Made by a program: the position numbers and the translations under genes. A DNA stretch of 64,000 nucleotides from an uncultured Eggerthellaceae bacterium (GTDB lineage: Bacteria; Actinomycetota; Coriobacteriia; Coriobacteriales; Eggerthellaceae), in the NCBI GenBank assembly GCA_903789415.1, contig CAIFEG010000004.1, forward strand, positions 1 through 64,000, given 5' to 3'. Below the pieces are notes generated by a model. That model saw only the letters and a list, made by a program, of their open reading frames with translations, was not told the DNA's origin and did no database searches. Numbering within the stretch: the stretch's first letter is position 1; each line of letters starts with the position of its first letter. Below are positions 57,280-64,000 of this stretch, piece by piece.

Positions 57280-58728
57280 ATGCCATATCCAAATTCTGAT
57301 GATCCATATGCCGATCGTAAAGTTCAGCGCTCTGATGCGGCTGAGGTATTTCGGCAAGAGCCTCTTCCTGATCCTGAAAGCACTCATGAGACGCCCAAAA
57401 ATTTAGATGCTGAACGTTCGGTTCTTGCGGCATGCCTGCTTCAACCCGATGCAATTGATGAAGTATCTGCATCGCTGGCCCCTGAAGATTTTTATCTGCC
57501 TGCACATCAGATTATCTACCAGAGTATCTTAAACCTTCACCAGCAAAATCAAGCGGTTGATGCAATTTCGGTAAGTGAGGACTTAAAAGCAAACCACCAG
57601 CTCGATCAGGTTGGCGGCGATGATGCTCTCATGGATTTAGCGAACTATACGTTTTCGCTTACGCACTACATGTCGCATGCAAAGATGGTAAAACGTGATT
57701 CGCTGTTGCGGCATCTTGCAATTGCGGGATCGAAAATTAGGGCGCTTTCCTACGACGCACCAGACAATATTAATGAAGTTGTCGATCAGGCCGAAAAGAT
57801 TTTGTTCCAGGCCACCGAGCACAGCGTGTCTGAATCATTCCACAGTATTCGCGACTTACTCACAACCGCGTTTGAGCACATTACCACAATTTCCCAACAG
57901 CAGGACAAACTTGCGGGTGTGCCTACCGGTTTTAAAGATATCGATGATCTGTTCCATGGATTACGCGGCGGCGACTTGATCATTTTGGCTGCGCGTCCCG
58001 GTGTAGGAAAGACTTCGCTCGCGCTAAATATTGCGACCAATGCGGCAAAAGCGGGGTATCCCACTGCAGTGTTTTCGCTGGAAATGGGCGCAGAACAATT
58101 GGCAGAGCGCGTGCTGTGCTCACAGGCAAACGTCAATATGCAGCATGTGCGCAACGGTTTTGTTTCTGAGGCCGACTGGCAGCAAATCGCAAATGCCATG
58201 CCAGTTCTTGAAAATATTCCGCTGATGATCGACGATACGCCTGATTTGTCCATCATGGAAGCGCGCGCAAAGGCGCGTCGAGAGCTACGTGGGCAAAAGG
58301 CCGGTTTGATTATCGTGGACTATTTGCAGCTGATGCAAACCTCGAACCGTCGTGATGGAAATCGCGCGGTTGAAGTTGGTGAACTTTCGCGTGGCTTGAA
58401 GATTTTGGCAAAAGAAATGAACATGCCGGTGATTGCACTTTCACAGCTATCTCGTGCGGTTGAGCAGCGTGGGCGTGATAAGCGCCCTATGCTTTCCGAC
58501 CTGCGTGAATCGGGGTCAATCGAGCAGGATGCTGACATCGTTGCCTTCATCGATCGATCCATGGACGAGGAAGAAGCAGAAGCCGATGGACGTCCGGAGT
58601 GGGGCACCGCAAAGTTCATTGTTGCGAAATATCGTAACGGTCCAACACGTGATATCACGCTTTCGTGGAACCCGACGAATACAACGTTTGGTGATTATTT
58701 TGATGACTCAAGCTATGGGGAAATGTAA
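57280..58728 (+). CDS. dnaB: Replicative DNA helicase DnaB.
   Basis: Walker A GARPGVGKTS. DnaB H1-H4 motifs. 482 aa. Confidence 0.9.
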   Translation: MPYPNSDDPYADRKVQRSDAAEVFRQEPLPDPESTHETPKNLDAERSVLAACLLQPDAIDEVSASLAPEDFYLPAHQIIYQSILNLHQQNQAVDAISVSEDLKANHQLDQVGGDDALMDLANYTFSLTHYMSHAKMVKRDSLLRHLAIAGSKIRALSYDAPDNINEVVDQAEKILFQATEHSVSESFHSIRDLLTTAFEHITTISQQQDKLAGVPTGFKDIDDLFHGLRGGDLIILAARPGVGKTSLALNIATNAAKAGYPTAVFSLEMGAEQLAERVLCSQANVNMQHVRNGFVSEADWQQIANAMPVLENIPLMIDDTPDLSIMEARAKARRELRGQKAGLIIVDYLQLMQTSNRRDGNRAVEVGELSRGLKILAKEMNMPVIALSQLSRAVEQRGRDKRPMLSDLRESGSIEQDADIVAFIDRSMDEEEAEADGRPEWGTAKFIVAKYRNGPTRDITLSWNPTNTTFGDYFDDSSYGEM

Positions 58729-60015
58729 ATGGCTACCGATGCAAAAGTAACATTTATTCATGCTGCTGATTTGCATATCGGTGCGCCTTTTACCGGCATT
58801 CGTCATACGACGCCCGAACTGGCGCATTCATTGGTTGCGGCAATTACGCAATCGTACAACAGGCTGATTGATACGGCGCTCCGTCGTCAGGTTGATTTTG
58901 TCGTTTTTGCGGGCGATGTTTTTGACCGTGCACGTCCAACGTATGCCGACTTTTCGAGCTTTTATAACGGGCTCAATAAGCTTCAAACGGCTCATATTCC
59001 TGTCTATATTTGCAATGGCAATCACGATCCATGGTCTACATGGAGCAAAGACTATGGCGAGCTACCCGATAACACGCATATTTTTTCGGCGGAACATCCC
59101 GAGTTTTTCGTGTATCGAAAAGGCAATTCGCCAGACGGCACCCCTCTTGCCACGCTTGGAGGGCGAAGCTTTTTAAACGAAACCTTCCCTAAAAATGATT
59201 GCATTGCCAATGGTATTACAAAATTTGATGCGCAAAGGGCCACAAGGATAGCGACGCCGTTTTACGTGGGTGTCATTCATACGGGATTGGATTTTGATCA
59301 TAACCAGGCATATGTTCCGCGACAAAAACTCTTCTCATCAGGCATGAACTATTGGGCGCTCGGGCATATCCATAAAAGAATGGTCATCAATGCCCCGAAT
59401 GGTCAGAATATGCAACTGGTATATTCTGGGTGCATCCAGGGGAGAGATGTAAAAGAAATCGGTCCTCGCGGATGTGAATTAATCACACTTGAACAGGGAA
59501 AGCGGAACAAATTAGAATTCATTCCCCTGTCATCGATTATCTGGGAGCAATGCAACGTCGACATTTCTGAATGTTCAACGCTCGATCAGGTAACGTCCAA
59601 AATTCGTCATGCGCTGCAACGTATTGATGCAGGCCCGGGAGAACATAAAGTGGTTGTACGGGTGGCACTTGTGGGGCGCACAAATCTCAACACGCTTTTT
59701 AGCAACGAAAATCTCAATGCCATTCGCCACAATATCAACGAACACCATGCCATCGTGTTTTGTGATTCCATTATCGATTGCACGCGTGGCATACGCGACG
59801 ACGCAACAATCAAACGAGAGGGTCTTTTTGCGTCTCTTGTGCTGGAGGGGGCATCTTGGCAAAAGGATCATTCCAATGAACTTTTTGAGTCGCTCGAGCG
59901 TGAGTTTGCTCAGAGAGGCGAACAGCTTCCTCGCGAGTTTTCCGATCAGATGCAAAGCGTTGAACAAGATGCCTTAGAGCTGGTGTTTCGAGAGCTAGGG
60001 GGCGAAAAGAAGTGA
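58729..60015 (+). CDS. Mre11/SbcD-like calcineurin-family DNA repair exonuclease (YhaO-like).
   Basis: Metallophosphoesterase motifs (HAADLHIG, GDVFD, GNHD). ATG overlaps the dnaB stop. Confidence 0.7.
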   Translation: MATDAKVTFIHAADLHIGAPFTGIRHTTPELAHSLVAAITQSYNRLIDTALRRQVDFVVFAGDVFDRARPTYADFSSFYNGLNKLQTAHIPVYICNGNHDPWSTWSKDYGELPDNTHIFSAEHPEFFVYRKGNSPDGTPLATLGGRSFLNETFPKNDCIANGITKFDAQRATRIATPFYVGVIHTGLDFDHNQAYVPRQKLFSSGMNYWALGHIHKRMVINAPNGQNMQLVYSGCIQGRDVKEIGPRGCELITLEQGKRNKLEFIPLSSIIWEQCNVDISECSTLDQVTSKIRHALQRIDAGPGEHKVVVRVALVGRTNLNTLFSNENLNAIRHNINEHHAIVFCDSIIDCTRGIRDDATIKREGLFASLVLEGASWQKDHSNELFESLEREFAQRGEQLPREFSDQMQSVEQDALELVFRELGGEKK

Positions 60016-62525
60016 ACAATTTGCCAAAGCATGCGCGCGAAACCCAAACTCCGTCCCTTGTCGCCCCTCCAACTCGGCAAGAAATAGTATTGCGACACAA
60101 CGACCTATCTAAAGGGGCAGTTCAAGGCGCAGGCCAACGGTATTACTTACGCGCACTTCATATCGATAACTTTGGTGTGTTTCACCAAAAAGATATCGGG
60201 CCATTTGGCCCCGGGCTCAATGTTGTGTATGGGCGAAACGAAGCGGGAAAAACTACGATTCGTCAATTCATTGGTGGCGTGTTGTTCGGGTGGCCGCAAG
60301 GAGGTTCTCGCACTAACAGCTATTCAAATACTTCCGGCGATCGTGCAGGTACGCTCAACTTTTCTCCACGCGCCGATGTAGGTGGTGCGGGTGCGAGTCG
60401 TGCAGGTACGGTAACAGGTGATGCAGATACAGGCACAGATACAGGCAGTGCAGGCGTAGACAGTGCAGGCTCACAGCCTAACAGTGTGAATGCAGCGAGT
60501 GCACAAAGAGGCGCATATAGTGCAGGGACAAATGGTGCGCGAACTTCATACGGTTCCGAAATTCGCATCACGCGAACCTCTAAACGTGGGCAGCCAGAAG
60601 AAGATTCCGCAGAGCATTCCAGCTTGCTTGCCGACATTGACAAAACGACGTATGCAAATGTGTTTTCTCTTGATACCGATGAATTGATGGATCTCAAAGC
60701 AGGCGATAAGCTTACGTCGCGATTTTTATCGGCGAGCGCAGATACTGCGGTGTCGCCTTCGCAGGCAAAACAAAATATTGAAAATCAAATAAAAGATTGT
60801 TTTTCGCGTTCGCAAGCAGAATCGTATAAACGCTCTATCCCGAATTTGAAGGCGCAGCTTTCCCAAGTTCAGTCCAAACTTGAAGAAGCCGAGGAACAGC
60901 GTCATCGTCTTTTTGATGATCGGGAAACATACAAAAATCTCTCGCGTGAAGAGCGCACGCTCAATGAACGAATTGCGCGATTGCAGTCGCTCGAAAAACA
61001 GCTTTCAAACTGTGAAACAAATCTTGTCCATTGGAAAAACGAGCATAAAAAGCTTACCGAAGATGTACGCGACCTCGATGAACAGAAGGATGATTTAACG
61101 CGGGAGGAGCGCACCTTCGAGTCGTCGCATGATGCATATCCTGATAAAAAAGACAGCGATATTATGCATATGCGCAAAGATATCCAGGCGCTTCGTAAGA
61201 AATTAACCAGAAGTGAGGATGCGCTTCAAGATGCAAAAACGCATCGCGAAGATTCGTACGTTCGTCTGCAAACACTCAAAAATAAGATGGCGAAGGAGCA
61301 AACCGACTCTGTATCCACACGTACGACTCGCGCCGCGCGACGAGCTCTTCCGTCTGTACTCACGCTCATTCTTCTTGCGATTGGTGCGCTGACTTTTTCA
61401 TTTGGGCGCATTCAATCAAGCATTTCTATCACCGGTCTTGGCATGGTGATCCTGGCGCTTGCCTTTGTGGGTATGCTCGCGATTGTCGTGGCAGGCCGCA
61501 GGCAAATTAAACAGCCAAGCCATCTCCTTGTACTCGAAAATCAGCTTGAAAGTGACCAAACAACCTTCGATCGCGACGATGCACTCTTTAATATCAAGCA
61601 GAAAGATTATTCGGCCTGCGAAAAGGAAATTGCCACATGGATTCAAAATGCTGGTTTTGGCGAATATGCGCGCAACCTTGATGAAGCGGAAGATATTCTC
61701 GACTCTCTTGAAGAGATACATAAGACCCAACGCCTGTTTCATCAGCGCTGGTTAAGCTTAAATGCACAAGATGTGCAGCTAAGGAAGCGGGAGCGCAATC
61801 TGGCCGAAGAACATCAGGATATCCTGCGCACTTTTGAAGATGCTGATATTAACGATTCGGCATCTGACCTGGAGCAGAAACTTGAAAATGCCTTAAGCCG
61901 GGTGGCTGAAGAGCTTAAACTTGCCCGCGACGAACAAACGCAAAACCTACGACACTTAGGTCAACTCAACGAACGTTTTTCGCGTGCAGCAAATGACAAC
62001 GAACTCAGCGAACTTCGCTTGCAAGTAGAAAAGCTACACACAAAACTTGATGATGCTCACAAGCATTTAGCAGTGCTTTTGCTTGCACGTGATTTAATCT
62101 CTGGGGCGCTTCATAGGTGGGAGAGTCAAAGCAGCCCCGATGTTTACGGGCGTGCAGGCCATATACTTGAAGCTATGACATCGGGTGCGTGGGATCACGT
62201 TCAGCTTGATAGCGCGGGAAAAATCCAAGCAGTTTCATTTAGCGGCAACACCATGAAGCCGGTAAAAATGTCGCTTGGTACACGGCAACAACTGTATTTA
62301 TCACTTCGTCTTGCGCTTTTGCAAACCGCGTCTGATGTGGGGAAAAATGTACCCGTTCTTTGTGACGATATCTTGGTAAATTTCGACGAAGCGCGCAGGG
62401 AAGGCGCCGCAAAGGCAATTGCATCTCTTGCCGCACAGCGCCAGATTATCGTTTTCACGTGTCATCAAGACGTGGTGAGCTTGTTGAAGGATGTATGCCC
62501 GAACATTACCGAGATATCTCTGTAA
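60012..62525 (+). CDS. SbcC/Rad50-like AAA ATPase (YhaN-like) with a long coiled coil and a central pair of hydrophobic segments.
   Basis: N-terminal Walker A GRNEAGKTT. C-terminal signature/Walker B region (VLCDDILVNFDEAR). 4-bp overlap with the upstream gene. Confidence 0.65.
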   Translation: MNNLPKHARETQTPSLVAPPTRQEIVLRHNDLSKGAVQGAGQRYYLRALHIDNFGVFHQKDIGPFGPGLNVVYGRNEAGKTTIRQFIGGVLFGWPQGGSRTNSYSNTSGDRAGTLNFSPRADVGGAGASRAGTVTGDADTGTDTGSAGVDSAGSQPNSVNAASAQRGAYSAGTNGARTSYGSEIRITRTSKRGQPEEDSAEHSSLLADIDKTTYANVFSLDTDELMDLKAGDKLTSRFLSASADTAVSPSQAKQNIENQIKDCFSRSQAESYKRSIPNLKAQLSQVQSKLEEAEEQRHRLFDDRETYKNLSREERTLNERIARLQSLEKQLSNCETNLVHWKNEHKKLTEDVRDLDEQKDDLTREERTFESSHDAYPDKKDSDIMHMRKDIQALRKKLTRSEDALQDAKTHREDSYVRLQTLKNKMAKEQTDSVSTRTTRAARRALPSVLTLILLAIGALTFSFGRIQSSISITGLGMVILALAFVGMLAIVVAGRRQIKQPSHLLVLENQLESDQTTFDRDDALFNIKQKDYSACEKEIATWIQNAGFGEYARNLDEAEDILDSLEEIHKTQRLFHQRWLSLNAQDVQLRKRERNLAEEHQDILRTFEDADINDSASDLEQKLENALSRVAEELKLARDEQTQNLRHLGQLNERFSRAANDNELSELRLQVEKLHTKLDDAHKHLAVLLLARDLISGALHRWESQSSPDVYGRAGHILEAMTSGAWDHVQLDSAGKIQAVSFSGNTMKPVKMSLGTRQQLYLSLRLALLQTASDVGKNVPVLCDDILVNFDEARREGAAKAIASLAAQRQIIVFTCHQDVVSLLKDVCPNITEISL

Positions 62526-62585
62526 TATAATCGAGGCGCGAGAGTGATCTCGATGTTGTACGCATCGCACGAAAGGACTTCTCAA

Positions 62586-63878
62586 ATGCCAAGTACGGTT
62601 ATTGTTGGTGCTCAATGGGGCGACGAGGGCAAAGGCAAAGTAGTCGATCTTGTTTCGGATGACTACGATTATGTTGTGCGTTATGGCGGTGGCAATAATG
62701 CTGGGCACACGATTGTGCACAACGGTCAGACACTTGCCATGCGTTTGATTCCCTGCGGGATTATGTGCAAAACAATTACCCCTGTTATCGGTAACGGAGT
62801 CGTTGTTGATCCACATGTTCTTGCAAATGAACTCAAAACTCTCCATGATGATGGTATTTCTACCGATAAGCTTGTGATCAGCGGAAACGCCCACCTGATC
62901 ATGCCTTGGCATGTTGCCCTGGATGGTGCATCTGAAAAACGTCTGGGCAACAAAAAAGTTGGTACCACGAAAAACGGTATCGGTCCTTGTTACCAGGATA
63001 AAGTAGCGCGTACGGGTATTCGTGTGCAGGACCTGTTGGATCCCGATGTATTTCGCGATAAAGTCACCAGCGTTTTAGCTATTAAAAACCTCGTTCTTGA
63101 TAAAATTTATGGCCTGCCAACGTATTCGGTGGATGAAATTTGTGATGAATATGCTCCGTTTGCCGATATGATGCGTCCCTATGTGACAAGCACCGAACAC
63201 CTTTTGTCACACGCAATTCGCGATGGTAAGAAAGTGCTCTTTGAAGGTGCTCAGGCAACAATGCTCGACGTCGATCACGGAACCTATCCTTTTGTCACCT
63301 CTTCTTCTTGCACGGCGGGTGGTGCATGCACGGGAAGCGGACTTGGCCCGACGCAAATTCAAAAAGTCTGTGGTGTCTCAAAGGCATATATCACGCGCGT
63401 TGGATCTGGCCCATTCCCTACTGAACAGTTTGGCGAAGACGGCGACACCTTGCGTTCGGTCGGTCACGAGTTTGGTGTCGTTACGGGTCGTCCACGTCGT
63501 TGTGGGTGGTTTGACGCGGTCGTCGCACGCTATGCAACAGAGGTAAACGGACTTACCGATATGGCAATCACCAAACTCGATGTGCTTTCTGCCTTCGACA
63601 CCATTAAGGTTTGTGTGGCCTACGACATTGATGGCACGCGTGTTGAAGATTTCCCTACTGATTCTACTCAGGTCAACAACCCGAATCTCAAACCAATTTA
63701 TGAAGAATTACCTGGTTGGAAGGGTGTAGATATTTCAGGGTGCCGCAAATTTGAAGAGTTACCCGAAAATGCGCAGAAATACATCCATTTCCTCGAGCAG
63801 CAGATTGGTGTGCCGGTAAGTATCATCGGATGCGGCCCCGACCATGATCAAACAATCCTTCATGGATGGAACAACTAG
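62586..63878 (+). CDS. purA: Adenylosuccinate synthetase.
   Basis: N-terminal GAQWGDEGKGK P-loop. GNGVV and TKLD motifs. Start at ATG 62586. Confidence 0.9.
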   Translation: MPSTVIVGAQWGDEGKGKVVDLVSDDYDYVVRYGGGNNAGHTIVHNGQTLAMRLIPCGIMCKTITPVIGNGVVVDPHVLANELKTLHDDGISTDKLVISGNAHLIMPWHVALDGASEKRLGNKKVGTTKNGIGPCYQDKVARTGIRVQDLLDPDVFRDKVTSVLAIKNLVLDKIYGLPTYSVDEICDEYAPFADMMRPYVTSTEHLLSHAIRDGKKVLFEGAQATMLDVDHGTYPFVTSSSCTAGGACTGSGLGPTQIQKVCGVSKAYITRVGSGPFPTEQFGEDGDTLRSVGHEFGVVTGRPRRCGWFDAVVARYATEVNGLTDMAITKLDVLSAFDTIKVCVAYDIDGTRVEDFPTDSTQVNNPNLKPIYEELPGWKGVDISGCRKFEELPENAQKYIHFLEQQIGVPVSIIGCGPDHDQTILHGWNN

Positions 63879-64000
63879 ACAAAATAGTCTATAAAGCCTG
63901 TATATACGCGCGCTTTACGAGCGTCTTTCCTTCGGGCATTACAAATTTCATGCGTGAGTCCGAATTGATTTGGGCTCACGCATGAGCTTCTCTCAATAAT

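Overview
This 64 kb window reads as a moderately GC-rich chromosomal segment from a Gram-positive anaerobe. I infer Coriobacteriia/Eggerthellaceae-like from a TAT-exported formate dehydrogenase-N operon, a membrane-anchored LuxR-type regulator and a nitrogenase-like cluster, but this cannot be proven from sequence alone.

Features in order:
- Bases 1-1015: the distal part of a CRISPR array, cut off by the window start (16 identical 36-bp repeats, uniform 28-bp spacers). It is followed by an AT-rich region containing an inverted, degenerate copy of the repeat (a tracrRNA-like anti-repeat). No cas genes lie downstream.
- Transport and housekeeping: POT peptide transporter, EngB GTPase, MFS and NSS transporters, an SPFH protein with a prion-like Q/P/Y-rich N-terminus, and a SAM methyltransferase.
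- An orphan ~1000-aa family-B DNA polymerase with exonuclease I/II/III motifs, polymerase motifs A/B/C, and a KTRK motif where KxY would normally sit. This resembles the primer-independent piPolB of pipolins.
- A GH25 muramidase lipoprotein.
- htpG with a CIRCE-like operator and a eukaryote-like charged linker.
- serC-serA, a TrkH K+ transporter, and a class-II UvrA paralogue lacking the UvrB-binding domain.
- A VanW/G5 protein and a PrsA-like lipoprotein.
- A membrane-anchored LuxR regulator.
- fdnGHI-fdhE (Cys-type, no selenocysteine).
- Two pairs of DUF4143/DUF234 AAA ATPases, each preceded by tandem repeats.
- An operon combining a FecBCD-type chelate ABC importer with NifH/NifD/NifK-like proteins (nitrogenase-like, group IV). 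Its promoter carries two TTAGGT..ACCTAA palindromes that resemble an iron box.
- Two tRNA-Ser genes followed by 16-bp tandem repeats.
- The conserved rpsF-ssb-rpsR-rplI-dnaB block, an SbcD/SbcC-like (YhaO/YhaN-like) pair, and purA.

The three things most worth follow-up are the CRISPR array with its unusually placed anti-repeat, the piPolB-like polymerase with no integrase nearby, and the nitrogenase-like reductase coupled to a chelate importer under putative iron control.
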